DNA of 64,000 nucleotides from Escherichia coli (GTDB lineage Bacteria; Pseudomonadota; Gammaproteobacteria; Enterobacterales; Enterobacteriaceae): NCBI RefSeq assembly GCF_016026235.1, contig NZ_CP065613.1; one strand, 5' to 3'. Shown piece by piece: positions 23,445 to 33,419 of this stretch (position 1 is its first letter; each line of letters starts with the position of its first letter). The notes under the pieces were generated by a model. It saw only the letters and a program-made list of their open reading frames with translations, ran no database searches and was not told where the DNA came from. The position numbers and the translations under genes were made by a program.

Positions 23445-24668
23445 ATGTCAATTGACTTTACCCCAGGTATGATAAATACATATCACGGCGATATTTATAA
23501 CCGCACAACAGATACCGACAATGTTAAAACACCAGACACACCGATGTGGCCTTGTGATAATCGGGAAGAACAACAACCCATTAATTCCACATTCTCTGGA
23601 GAAGGATACAACCCTGAACAATATGATTTAGCGCGGCAACACCTCCCACAAATTTATGCGTGCCGCACGAACACCAAATATACAGATGCAGACTACTCAA
23701 AAGTTGTGGCTCAACTTGTAAGTCTTATTACTAACATTGAATCGATAAGTTCGACACCACTTACGCGGCAGGCACAGGAAATACTTAATCAAATTAATAA
23801 CATTAGATACGAAAAGAACAAAAGTGCTGAATGTCGAATCATTGTTGTCGCTAATCCTAAACCCGACAAGGCAATCATAACTAAAATTAGCGTAGAAGAG
23901 GGAATACCAGTAAGATTCAGTGTCCAAACCATGTTTTCAGATACTAATTTTATTGCTGAACAACGAGCTGACTTACCGACTAATATAAAAGATATTCAAA
24001 GCCTGTATCAAAAAATGACGAAGTTATATATTGAGCACAGTGAAAATAAAAACAGGATGAAAGTCTTTGCCGGAACCAACTTTATTGATTTCAATATGAC
24101 AGGACAGAACCTGTCCGGGTTCGTTCTAACCTTGTCAAGGTTTTATTTCGAAGATCTACTTAATATAAATTTCACTGACGCAAATTTAGGTGACACTATT
24201 TTTTCACATAAAGAACACCCTACCCCAAAATTATATAAAGACGAACAATATCTTGACAAACAAATCGAAGGTTTATTTTCAACATTATTAACCATTAATG
24301 ACAACTTTTTACGAGCAAAAGCGGAAATTGCTTCGACAATAATTAAATTTTTAGAGGCCAGGATAACCAATCTTTCATACAACGACATATTAAAATATCA
24401 GCAAGAATTCCAAAAACAATGTTATAAGCAAGTTAAAGCCTTTACGACACTCTCCCGATACAATAAAATTCAAACATGGGCAGAAATGTCTGAATATCAA
24501 TTCGAAGTATTTCAATACGAGACGCTTAACCCAAAAAAAATGTCACGCACGCCTTATTTAAAGAGGCCACTTTCTGATGAAAAAGATATAAATTATGGGG
24601 TGAAAATAGAAATACCATCTGGTAAAAGAATTCGCTTATCAAATCATTATCAGAATATAATACCATAA
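23445..24668 (+). CDS. yhiS: Uninterrupted YhiS, 407 aa (IS5-disrupted pseudogene in K-12); function unknown
   Basis: Single 407-codon AT-rich ORF; position between arsC and slp; no IS sequence present. Confidence 0.8.
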   Translation: MSIDFTPGMINTYHGDIYNRTTDTDNVKTPDTPMWPCDNREEQQPINSTFSGEGYNPEQYDLARQHLPQIYACRTNTKYTDADYSKVVAQLVSLITNIESISSTPLTRQAQEILNQINNIRYEKNKSAECRIIVVANPKPDKAIITKISVEEGIPVRFSVQTMFSDTNFIAEQRADLPTNIKDIQSLYQKMTKLYIEHSENKNRMKVFAGTNFIDFNMTGQNLSGFVLTLSRFYFEDLLNINFTDANLGDTIFSHKEHPTPKLYKDEQYLDKQIEGLFSTLLTINDNFLRAKAEIASTIIKFLEARITNLSYNDILKYQQEFQKQCYKQVKAFTTLSRYNKIQTWAEMSEYQFEVFQYETLNPKKMSRTPYLKRPLSDEKDINYGVKIEIPSGKRIRLSNHYQNIIP

Positions 24669-24914
24669 TATTGATTATTAGCACTTTATAATCATTGAAT
24701 AAAAATAGATTTTATGTAATTTTAAAACAAAGGGTTATATTATGGGGCGATGGATACTCATGCCACGCCCCAAAATAACGGAATTGAACTAAACAGAAGG
24801 GATATAAACATCAGACAGGTTTACGTTACTATCAGGCATATCGCCTCAGAATCAGATGAAAACTATAAAGAAATATCTATTATGGTTTTAATATTTGTTG
24901 ATAAGGATAGTAAC

Positions 24915-25481
24915 ATGAACATGACAAAAGGTGCACTCATACTCAGCCTTTCATTTTTGCTTGCCGCATGTAGTTCAATTCCGCAAAATATCAAAGGCAA
25001 TAACCAACCTGATATTCAAAAAAGTTTTGTTGCTGTTCATAACCAGCCGGGGTTATATGTTGGTCAACAAGCGCGCTTTGGTGGGAAGGTTATCAACGTT
25101 ATCAATGGCAAAACGGATACGTTGTTAGAAATCGCTGTATTACCGTTGGATAGCTATGCGAAGCCTGATATTGAAGCCAACTATCAGGGCCGACTGCTCG
25201 CCAGACAAAGCGGCTTCCTTGACCCAGTGAACTATCGTAATCACTTTGTTACCATCCTCGGTACCATTCAGGGTGAACAACCAGGCTTTATCAATAAAGT
25301 CCCGTATAACTTCCTGGAAGTGAATATGCAGGGCATCCAGGTGTGGCATTTGAGAGAAGTGGTTAATACCACCTATAACCTGTGGGATTACGGCTATGGT
25401 GCATTCTGGCCGGAACCGGGCTGGGGTGCGCCTTACTACACCAATGCGGTGAGTCAGGTAACACCTGAGCTGGTCAAATAA
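24915..25481 (+). CDS. slp: Outer membrane lipoprotein Slp (starvation lipoprotein), 188 aa
   Basis: Track ORF trimmed to MNMTKGALILSLSFLLAACSS (lipobox LAAC). Confidence 0.92.
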   Translation: MNMTKGALILSLSFLLAACSSIPQNIKGNNQPDIQKSFVAVHNQPGLYVGQQARFGGKVINVINGKTDTLLEIAVLPLDSYAKPDIEANYQGRLLARQSGFLDPVNYRNHFVTILGTIQGEQPGFINKVPYNFLEVNMQGIQVWHLREVVNTTYNLWDYGYGAFWPEPGWGAPYYTNAVSQVTPELVK

Positions 25482-25636
25482 CACCACCGAAAGATGCAGA
25501 TGCTTTCTCAGCATCTGCATCATGTATTACATAAAATTAATATACAGTAAGCTAACTATTATTATTATAAGCCCTGTCCTGTTAATTACCTTTGGCAAAC
25601 TGATTATAAAGTTAATGTCCGCACCAGGAGTCGGTT

Positions 25637-26167
25637 ATGTTTCTTATAATTACCAGGGATACGATGTTCTTCACCGCGATGAAAAACATTCTGAGTAAAG
25701 GTAATGTCGTTCATATACAGAACGAAGAAGAGATCGACGTAATGTTGCATCAGAATGCCTTCGTCATTATTGATACATTAATGAATAATGTATTTCATTC
25801 TAATTTTCTCACTCAAATTGAACGATTAAAACCTGTCCATGTCATTATTTTCTCCCCCTTTAATATTAAACGCTGCCTGGGGAAAGTGCCGGTGACCTTT
25901 GTTCCGCGGACTATCACTATCATTGATTTTGTCGCACTCATCAATGGCAGTTACTGCTCTGTGCCTGAAGCGAATGTGTCACTTTCGCGCAAGCAACATC
26001 AGGTACTGAGCTGCATTGCGAATCAAATGACAACGGAAGATATTCTGGAGAAACTGAAAATATCGCTAAAAACGTTCTACTGCCATAAACACAATATCAT
26101 GATGATCCTCAATCTTAAGCGGATCAATGAGCTGGTACGCCATCAGCATATTGATTATCTGGTGTGA
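25637..26167 (+). CDS. dctR: LuxR-family transcriptional regulator DctR (YhiF), 176 aa
   Basis: ORF track 176 aa; C-terminal LuxR-type HTH; adjacent to slp as in K-12. Confidence 0.9.
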   Translation: MFLIITRDTMFFTAMKNILSKGNVVHIQNEEEIDVMLHQNAFVIIDTLMNNVFHSNFLTQIERLKPVHVIIFSPFNIKRCLGKVPVTFVPRTITIIDFVALINGSYCSVPEANVSLSRKQHQVLSCIANQMTTEDILEKLKISLKTFYCHKHNIMMILNLKRINELVRHQHIDYLV

Positions 26168-26227
26168 ACGATTAATCAATATAAAGAGGCCCAGCAATAA
26201 ATAGCCAGACCTCCCGTTAATTATACG

Positions 26228-27256
26228 TTATGCAGCAACGCCTTCCGGTATCAGCGAAGCAATTTGCTTACGCCATTGCGCTTGCTCCTGTTCGCCTTCT
26301 GTACGTTGACCATAAAGTTGCGCTATCTGCGTACCATCATGGGCAAACAATTCCAGACTGGTTACGTAGCCATCGCTGGTCGGTTTACGGGTAACCCAGG
26401 CTTCAGCAATGCTCTCTTCTAATAGATGAAGAGTAAACGTCGGGTTGAAAATATTCAGCCAACCTTTCATTGGCACCACTTTTTCTACCACACCAGTGAA
26501 AATCTGTACGCAGCCACGGTTGCCAACAAACACCATGATTTCATTACCATCCTGCTGTGCAGATTCAAGAATTTGCGCCAACGCACTGTTGGATACTTTG
26601 CAGGCCAAATCGTCTGCCACCAGATTGAACGCCTGTTGGCGCGTCAGATTGTGGCGCTTTAGCAACGTAAAAAACTGATGAACGTCGGTCATCGCCCGCC
26701 ACTCTTGCTCGACCACAGTGGCATCGGCTCGCGTTTGAACAACTGGCGCATCAACGGCTTTTAACTCAAGCGGCGTATTCTCATCGGTGATAAACCGTGC
26801 CAGAAGCTCACTCCATGCCGCCATATCGGTATTGTCGGTGGCATAAACTTTTAGTAATGCATCGCCCTGATGATCAAAGAACTGAATACTTTGGCGTTCG
26901 CCACGAGCCGTGTTTTCTTTGATGTGGAAAACACTGGCCCATTGATTGAGAAACAGACGTAAATCCAGCGCGCGTGGATTGAGGATCAATCCGGCATGTC
27001 CGTTCAAATGCTGGTTTGTGAACGCACCAACTTGCTCATGGACTGCATATTCATTACGGCAAATACATTTGGTCTCGCCAACACTTTCGAGCGCCGCCAG
27101 AATTTCACGGATATCGCCGTGCATCCGCCACGCATCGTGCGTGACGCGTGCAAATGCCAGTTCTGCTTCGCTGATATTCATTAAACCTGCGATGTCACGC
27201 GCGTACTTTCCGGGATTTTGTTCTTTTAACTCAAGCCAGCGTGTGTAGTGGTTCAT
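26228..27256 (-). CDS. chuS: Haem-degrading/haem-binding protein ChuS (HemS/ShuS family), 342 aa
   Basis: ORF track 342 aa; two-repeat HemS-like architecture; immediately downstream of chuA on the same strand. Confidence 0.85.
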   Translation of the reverse strand: MNHYTRWLELKEQNPGKYARDIAGLMNISEAELAFARVTHDAWRMHGDIREILAALESVGETKCICRNEYAVHEQVGAFTNQHLNGHAGLILNPRALDLRLFLNQWASVFHIKENTARGERQSIQFFDHQGDALLKVYATDNTDMAAWSELLARFITDENTPLELKAVDAPVVQTRADATVVEQEWRAMTDVHQFFTLLKRHNLTRQQAFNLVADDLACKVSNSALAQILESAQQDGNEIMVFVGNRGCVQIFTGVVEKVVPMKGWLNIFNPTFTLHLLEESIAEAWVTRKPTSDGYVTSLELFAHDGTQIAQLYGQRTEGEQEQAQWRKQIASLIPEGVAA

Positions 27257-27304
27257 TGTCTCTCTTCCTTCCAGATAAATGCCCCGAAATATCGGGGCAG
27301 ATGA

Positions 27305-29287
27305 TTACCATTGATAACTCACGAAAATTTTTCCGTTACGACCATCCTGTGGGATGCCTTGTGGCGACCAGTACTCTTTGTCGAAAGCGTTACCCAACAC
27401 TAAAGTAGTGGTCATACCTTTGAGCGCCTGTTGTCCTTGATAACTGACGTAGAAATCATTCACGCCATAGCCTGGTTGTTTGCTGTAACTGCTGCTGATA
27501 TGTGTTGAGCGATCGGCAAACGTACCAACCCACCCAACAGAGAAGCCACTGTGAGCGATCGGAATATTCAGGGTGCTGGTAACGGTATCCGGGTTAATGC
27601 TGGAGATGTATTCGCCGGTATCGGTGTCTTTGCCGCGGGTACGGTTATAGGCCACATCAAGGCTAAACAGATCAGTGGTATATTTCGTCATTACATCCCA
27701 GCCCCAGATTTTGGCGTTCGGGACGTTATACGACATAGTCGTCGCCGCCGCGAAATCGACGGTCGTGGAGATGTAATCCTTCGCTTTGGTATCAAAGTAG
27801 CTGGCTTTAAATTCCAGAGCATCATTGGACAACATCAGGTCATCAAAACGCAGCCCAAAACCGTACTCCTGAGTTTCGTTAGTTTCCGGACGTAAGTTCG
27901 GGTTTGGCACCCAATAGTTGGTATAGAAGCGACCAATCGAGAAGTGCTTAGAATCGTTATACATTTCGCCCATCGTCGGGGCGCGGAATGCCTGGGCATA
28001 TGAGCCAAATAACATCAGCCAGTTAGTCGGATTGATAGTCATCCCCGCACGAGATGACCATTTGTCGGCATCAACATCTTTGTAACCGTCACTGCTACCG
28101 CGATAACTGTCATAGCGGGTTCCGCCAAGCAGGGTAATCGGCAGATCGCGTAAGGTGATCTCATCCTGTAGCCAGCCGGAGCTAAAATCAATTTTTGCTT
28201 GCGGGAAGCCCGTCGTCGCGCCGCCCGGATGTTGTTCCTGACGATAATACTCACCGCCATATGTCAGTAAGTGAGAAGCGAAACTGTCGGCAAAGAGAGT
28301 GGAACGGTTCTCCAGCCTGGCTCCTTTTGTTATCTGTTCACGATACTCGCCGGAACTCCCCGTGTTTTGCGCATTAATACGGACTTCCGACCAATAAATT
28401 TTTGCATCTGCATTTAACCAGTCGTTGCCCTGCGGGGCGAGTTTATAAGAAAGCTGCGCATCGCGTTGAATTGTTGAACGATCAACCATCGGGTTGCTGC
28501 TTTCAGAAGCCTCAACGGTCTGCGGATTTTTTGGTTCACGCGCGTCGTTGTTGTAGTAACGCACTAAACCGCTCAGAGACTGGGCTGAATCAATTTGCCA
28601 GGTCCCTTTCGCCAGCATGTTATTAATGGACTCGTCATTCGGCGCGGTTTCACCATTGCTCTGGCGTAAATCACCCCGATCGCGACTGGACCAGGCCACA
28701 ATACCATCCAGATTTTCAGTTCGCCCAAACGCGCTCGCGCCTAATCCCAGGCTATGGTCCCCCGTGCCGCCAGTACCAAAGACACGAAAACCACTGCTTT
28801 GTCCTTCCTGCAATAAATCTTTTGCATCGACCGTATCGTAGGAGATCACTCCACCCAGCGCGCCACTGCCATACAGTAATGCTGAAGGTCCGCGAACAAT
28901 CTCAACACGCTTGATCAGCGCCGGATCGAGAAAAGTGCCATTCAGGTGTCCGGTATCCGTTCCCTGGCGAACACCATCGATAAGAACCAGCACGCCGCGA
29001 TGATCATAGCCACGCATATTTACATCCTGACCGTTGGTTCGTCCGGTACCATCCAGAGTAATTCCAGGAACATGACGCAGCAGATCGGTGGCTGAAGTAG
29101 CCGTTTGATTTTCAGGAGCAGAAGTGTCGATGACGCTGACCATCATAGGCGCTTCGAAGGAACTACGAGCATTCCCCGTTGCCGTAACGGTCATGGTTTC
29201 AGTAGCAAAAGCAAACGTTGGCAAGGTGGCAGAAACAGCCAAGGCCAACAAACTCAAACGCAACGAGGTAAATTGCGGACGTGACAT
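27305..29287 (-). CDS. chuA: TonB-dependent outer membrane haem/haemoglobin receptor ChuA, 660 aa
   Basis: ORF track 660 aa; signal peptide MSRPQFTSLRLSLLALAVSATLPTFAFA; TonB box TETMTVTA; C-terminal aromatic residue (…VSYQW). Confidence 0.9.
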   Translation of the reverse strand: MSRPQFTSLRLSLLALAVSATLPTFAFATETMTVTATGNARSSFEAPMMVSVIDTSAPENQTATSATDLLRHVPGITLDGTGRTNGQDVNMRGYDHRGVLVLIDGVRQGTDTGHLNGTFLDPALIKRVEIVRGPSALLYGSGALGGVISYDTVDAKDLLQEGQSSGFRVFGTGGTGDHSLGLGASAFGRTENLDGIVAWSSRDRGDLRQSNGETAPNDESINNMLAKGTWQIDSAQSLSGLVRYYNNDAREPKNPQTVEASESSNPMVDRSTIQRDAQLSYKLAPQGNDWLNADAKIYWSEVRINAQNTGSSGEYREQITKGARLENRSTLFADSFASHLLTYGGEYYRQEQHPGGATTGFPQAKIDFSSGWLQDEITLRDLPITLLGGTRYDSYRGSSDGYKDVDADKWSSRAGMTINPTNWLMLFGSYAQAFRAPTMGEMYNDSKHFSIGRFYTNYWVPNPNLRPETNETQEYGFGLRFDDLMLSNDALEFKASYFDTKAKDYISTTVDFAAATTMSYNVPNAKIWGWDVMTKYTTDLFSLDVAYNRTRGKDTDTGEYISSINPDTVTSTLNIPIAHSGFSVGWVGTFADRSTHISSSYSKQPGYGVNDFYVSYQGQQALKGMTTTLVLGNAFDKEYWSPQGIPQDGRNGKIFVSYQW

Positions 29288-29292
29288 AGCGA

Positions 29293-29308
29293 TTCTCCAT
29301 GAGGAAAA
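29293..29308 (-). promoter_or_regulatory. Candidate FourU-type RNA thermometer hairpin sequestering the chuA Shine-Dalgarno
   Basis: mRNA (minus strand) reads UUUUCC-ucau-GGAGAA then aucgcu AUG; the U-run can pair with the SD. Confidence 0.45.
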
Positions 29309-29576
29309 TAAAAAATGCTGGCTGCCTGGGTTAATACCGGGGTGGCTGGCGAAAAATAAATTTATTTAAAATTCAGAGCGATAATATTCGCCGGGTGAGT
29401 TTACAGGCGTTTATATCCCATGAAATTGCCTGATAACTCGGCAATTACGCAAAAGCACGCCCTCTTTGTCAGGCAAAACGATATGCCCCATCAGGAGTGA
29501 AGAGAGCTGTGCGTTATCCCTTGCAAATGCTATGGTTTTGTTATCCATATGGTCGTGTTTTGTTAAATGCAAACGT

Positions 29577-29595
29577 GATAATGAGAATTATTATC
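29577..29595. promoter_or_regulatory. Fur box (17/19 match to GATAATGATAATCATTATC) in the chuA / chuT divergent control region
   Basis: gataatgagaattattatc read directly; ~290 bp upstream of chuA start. Confidence 0.7.
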
Positions 29596-29927
29596 GATCA
29601 ATTTTTTATGATCAAGTTTTTTTTAACCGCCATTAACACAATAAACAGGGGGTTATGAAACCTATCCTGCGCCCAAGAAACCACCTTATTTTTATGATTA
29701 TTCTCCCATGACCTCATCACTAAACTTTGTCGTTAACAGTGATAATTTTCTCTTCTCTTTGCTCTGCAAGCCTCGATATCTCTGGGTTCTCAGCTTTTTC
29801 CCGCGCTGAAATTTAGTCGGTAACAAGAACGTTAGCTGACGAAGCATCTTGATAAAAATCAAAAATAAATACGCTTGTAACGCCTTGCGTATTGAATCGA
29901 CGGTTGTATTTCATATATAACTCAAAT

Positions 29928-29946
29928 GATAATCATGATCATTCTC
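29928..29946. promoter_or_regulatory. Fur box (16/19 match) plus adjacent half-site, immediately upstream of chuT start
   Basis: gataatcatgatcattctc followed by tgataatagttctc; lies inside the track ORF 5' extension, supporting the ATG at 29970. Confidence 0.7.
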
Positions 29947-29969
29947 AATTTGATAATAGTTCTCATATT

Positions 29970-30884
29970 ATGCCAAGGATCATCACCAGGCCGTTTCTTT
30001 TTTCCCCACTGACGTTATGTATTTCAGCCGTGGCCTCTGCCGCGAAGACCGCAGTAAAACGAAAAAAATTGTTTACGGCAGTACTGGCTCTTAGCTGGGC
30101 TTTTAGCGTAACGGCTGCCGAACGTATCGTGGTCGCAGGAGGATCGCTGACGGAGCTAATCTACGCGATGGGCGCTGGCGAACGCGTGGTTGGTGTCGAT
30201 GAAACGACATCTTATCCACCAGAAACCGCCAAACTGCCGCATATTGGCTACTGGAAACAACTCAGCAGCGAAGGCATTTTGTCACTTCGCCCGGATAGCG
30301 TAATTACCTGGCAGGATGCCGGGCCACAAATTGTGCTCGACCAGCTGCGGGCGCAGAAAGTCAACGTCGTTACCCTGCCGCGTGTGCCTGCCACCCTTGA
30401 GCAGATGTACGCCAACATTCGTCAACTGGCAAAAACGTTACAGGTACCTGAACAAGGGGACGCGCTGGTGACACAGATCAACCAACGCCTGGAGCGAGTA
30501 CAGCAAAACGTGGCGGCCAAAAAAGCCCCGGTTAAAGCCATGTTTATTCTCTCCGCAGGCGGAAGTGCGCCACAGGTTGCCGGTAAAGGCAGCGTCGCGG
30601 ACGCCATTCTTTCGCTTGCCGGAGCAGAAAACGTCGCAACCCACCAGCAGTACAAAAGCTACAGTGCAGAATCACTGATTGCGGCTAATCCAGAAGTGAT
30701 TGTCGTAACCTCACAAATGGTTGATGGCGATATTAATCGGCTACGTTCTATTGCCGGAATTACCCACACTGCCGCATGGAAAAACCAGCGCATTATCACC
30801 GTTGATCAAAACCTGATTCTGGGAATGGGTCCGCGTATTGCTGATGTCGTTGAGTCTTTACACCAGCAGCTTTGGCCGCAATAA
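29970..30884 (+). CDS. chuT: Periplasmic haem-binding protein ChuT (ABC substrate-binding protein), ~304 aa
   Basis: Track ORF 29892..30884 trimmed to ATG 29970 downstream of the Fur box; export-type N-terminus; class III SBP-like. Confidence 0.8.
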   Translation: MPRIITRPFLFSPLTLCISAVASAAKTAVKRKKLFTAVLALSWAFSVTAAERIVVAGGSLTELIYAMGAGERVVGVDETTSYPPETAKLPHIGYWKQLSSEGILSLRPDSVITWQDAGPQIVLDQLRAQKVNVVTLPRVPATLEQMYANIRQLAKTLQVPEQGDALVTQINQRLERVQQNVAAKKAPVKAMFILSAGGSAPQVAGKGSVADAILSLAGAENVATHQQYKSYSAESLIAANPEVIVVTSQMVDGDINRLRSIAGITHTAAWKNQRIITVDQNLILGMGPRIADVVESLHQQLWPQ

Positions 30885-30903
30885 ATGGATTTAAATCAGA
30901 CGA

Positions 30904-32241
30904 ATGAACGCAATTAACACCCTGGATCTCACGCCACATTTTGCTTTAGACGGTGATCAGCCATTTAAAGACAGGCGCGCCATGATGCCGTTTCGAGGAG
31001 CCATTCCGGTTGCCAAAGAGCAACTGGCACAGACCTGGCAAGAGATGATCAATCAAACGGTATCACCACGTAAGCGACTGGTTTACCTACACATTCCTTT
31101 TTGTGCGACACACTGCACGTTTTGTGGTTTTTATCAGAACCGTTTTAATGAAGATGCGTGTGCTCATTATACCGACGCCCTGATTCGTGAAATAGAAATG
31201 GAAGCGGACAGCGTATTGCATCAGTCTGCCCCCATCCACGCGGTCTATTTCGGTGGAGGTACGCCTTCCGCGCTTTCGGCACACGATTTGGCCAGAATCA
31301 TCACCACATTACGAGAAAAGCTGCCACTGGCCCCTGATTGTGAAATCACTATCGAAGGCCGAGTACTGAATTTTGACGCTGAGCGAATCGATGCTTGCCT
31401 TGATGCAGGAGCAAACCGCTTCTCAATTGGTATCCAGTCGTTTAACAGCAGAATCCGCAAGAAAATGGCCCGCACCTCGGATGGCCCAACCGCCATTGCG
31501 TTTATGGAAAGCCTGGTCAAACGTGACCGTGCTGCGGTGGTCTGTGACCTGCTGTTTGGCCTGCCGGGTCAGGATGCGCAAACCTGGGGAGAAGATCTGG
31601 CTATTGCCCGCAATATCGGTCTCGATGGCGTCGATCTCTATGCGCTCAATGTCCTGCCCAATACACCGCTGGGCAAAGCCGTGGAAAATGGGCGTACTAC
31701 CGTGCCCTCTCCGGCAGAACGTCGCGATCTTTATCTGCAAGGGTGTGACTTCATGGACGAAGCCGGTTGGCGCTGTATTAGTAACAGCCACTGGGGCCGT
31801 ACCACACGCGAACGCAATCTCTATAACCTGCTGATAAAACAAGGTGCCGATTGTCTGGCCTTTGGTTCCGGAGCCGGCGGTTCGATTAATGGTTACTCCT
31901 GGATGAACGAACGCAATCTTCAGACCTGGCATGAATCCGTCGCGGCAGGCAAAAAACCGCTGATGATGATCATGCGTAACGCCGAACGTAATGCGCAATG
32001 GCGTCATACCTTGCAGTCAGGTGTTGAAACAGCGCGTGTACCGCTGGAGGAACTTACACCACATGCCGAAAAACTCGCGCCGTTACTGGCTCAATGGCAC
32101 CAAAAAGGCTTAAGTCGCGATGCTTCAACTTGCCTGCGGCTGACTAATGAAGGTCGTTTCTGGGCAAGCAATATTTTGCAGTCTCTTAATGAACTAATTC
32201 AGGTACTTAATGCGCCAGCGATTGTGCGTGAAAAACCATAA
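30904..32241 (+). CDS. chuW: Radical SAM haem-degrading enzyme ChuW (HemN-like), 445 aa
   Basis: ORF track 445 aa; radical SAM CxxxCxxC motif in HIPFCATHCTFCGF. Confidence 0.88.
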   Translation: MNAINTLDLTPHFALDGDQPFKDRRAMMPFRGAIPVAKEQLAQTWQEMINQTVSPRKRLVYLHIPFCATHCTFCGFYQNRFNEDACAHYTDALIREIEMEADSVLHQSAPIHAVYFGGGTPSALSAHDLARIITTLREKLPLAPDCEITIEGRVLNFDAERIDACLDAGANRFSIGIQSFNSRIRKKMARTSDGPTAIAFMESLVKRDRAAVVCDLLFGLPGQDAQTWGEDLAIARNIGLDGVDLYALNVLPNTPLGKAVENGRTTVPSPAERRDLYLQGCDFMDEAGWRCISNSHWGRTTRERNLYNLLIKQGADCLAFGSGAGGSINGYSWMNERNLQTWHESVAAGKKPLMMIMRNAERNAQWRHTLQSGVETARVPLEELTPHAEKLAPLLAQWHQKGLSRDASTCLRLTNEGRFWASNILQSLNELIQVLNAPAIVREKP

Positions 32242-32253
32242 CAGGAGTGATTT

Positions 32254-32748
32254 ATGAGCCATGTCTCGTTACAAGAATTTTTGAAAACGGAGCCGGACGG
32301 TACGCTGGAGGTGGTAGCCGAACAATACAACACCACACTGCTGGAGGTAGTGAAAAATCTACCCTCCTCTACCGTAGTGCCAGGCGATAAATTCGATACT
32401 GTCTGGGATACCGTCTGCGAATGGGGCAACGTCACCACGTTAGTACATACTGCCGATGTAATCCTCGAATTTAGCGGCGAACTGCCTTCGGGTTTCCATC
32501 GCCACGGCTATTTCAACCTACGCGGAAAGCACGGCATGTCCGGGCATATCAAAGCAGAAAACTGCACGCATATTGCCTTAATCGAACGTAAATTTATGGG
32601 CATGGACACCGCGTCCATTCTCTTTTTCAATAAGGAAGGCAGCGCCATGCTGAAAATCTTCCTCGGTAGGGATGACCATCGTCAGCTCCTGAGCGAACAA
32701 GTCAGCGCCTTCCATACTCTGGCGGCATCGTTAAAGGAACACGCCTGA
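32254..32748 (+). CDS. chuX: Haem utilisation protein ChuX, 164 aa
   Basis: ORF track 164 aa; position between chuW and chuY. Confidence 0.8.
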   Translation: MSHVSLQEFLKTEPDGTLEVVAEQYNTTLLEVVKNLPSSTVVPGDKFDTVWDTVCEWGNVTTLVHTADVILEFSGELPSGFHRHGYFNLRGKHGMSGHIKAENCTHIALIERKFMGMDTASILFFNKEGSAMLKIFLGRDDHRQLLSEQVSAFHTLAASLKEHA

Positions 32749-33371
32749 TGACGCCGTGGCTACTCTTTGGCGCAGGCGGAAAAGGTGTGGGTGCCAGAAC
32801 GCTTGAACTGGCGCTGGCGGAACAACGTCCGGTCGTTGCTGTCATTCGTCATGCCGATGCCGCCACGAAACTGGCGCAACAAGGCGTACAGGTTTTTACA
32901 GGCGACGCCTGTGATGCCAGCGTAGTCGCGGCTGCTTGCCGCGCAGCTGGCCCGGATGCGCTTATCATCTCAACAATGGGAGGAGCTCAGGATTATCTGG
33001 CGCACAGAACAGTGATTGATGAGGCCGAAAAGGCCGGCATCAGTCGCATGATTCTGGTGACCTCTTTGGGATGCGGCGATAGCTGGCCGTTTTTATCGGA
33101 TCGGGCAAAAGCCGCGTTTGGTCAGGCGGTGCGCGAAAAGACACTGGCGGAAAGCTGGCTGCAAACCAGCCAGCTAGACTACGCCATTCTCCGCCCTGGT
33201 GGTCTGCTTGACGGCGCAGCAACAGGCAAAGCACAACGGGTACAAAATCAGGAGTGTCATGGTTTTGTCCGCCGTGCCGATGTCGCTGCACACATTCATG
33301 AACTGGCAAACGCGCCAGCACTCAACAAGCAGATCTACAGTCTGATTGAACCTGACCTGAAACCGGCATGA
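32748..33371 (+). CDS. chuY: NAD(P)-binding reductase ChuY, 207 aa
   Basis: ORF track 207 aa; Rossmann-like N-terminus LLFGAGGKGVGA; start overlaps chuX stop (TGATG). Confidence 0.8.
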   Translation: MTPWLLFGAGGKGVGARTLELALAEQRPVVAVIRHADAATKLAQQGVQVFTGDACDASVVAAACRAAGPDALIISTMGGAQDYLAHRTVIDEAEKAGISRMILVTSLGCGDSWPFLSDRAKAAFGQAVREKTLAESWLQTSQLDYAILRPGGLLDGAATGKAQRVQNQECHGFVRRADVAAHIHELANAPALNKQIYSLIEPDLKPA

Positions 33372-33419
33372 TACCCCAGCGCGGCATGTCCGCGCCGTAA
33401 TGTCGTAACGGAGTTTTGC

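Noticed and set aside
29892..29969. 5' extension of the chuT track ORF
   Set aside because: Contains a near-consensus Fur box and would place the operator inside the coding sequence; the ATG at 29970 is the more plausible start.
31423..32007. 194-aa minus-strand ORF
   Set aside because: Antisense to chuW (radical SAM motif on the plus strand).
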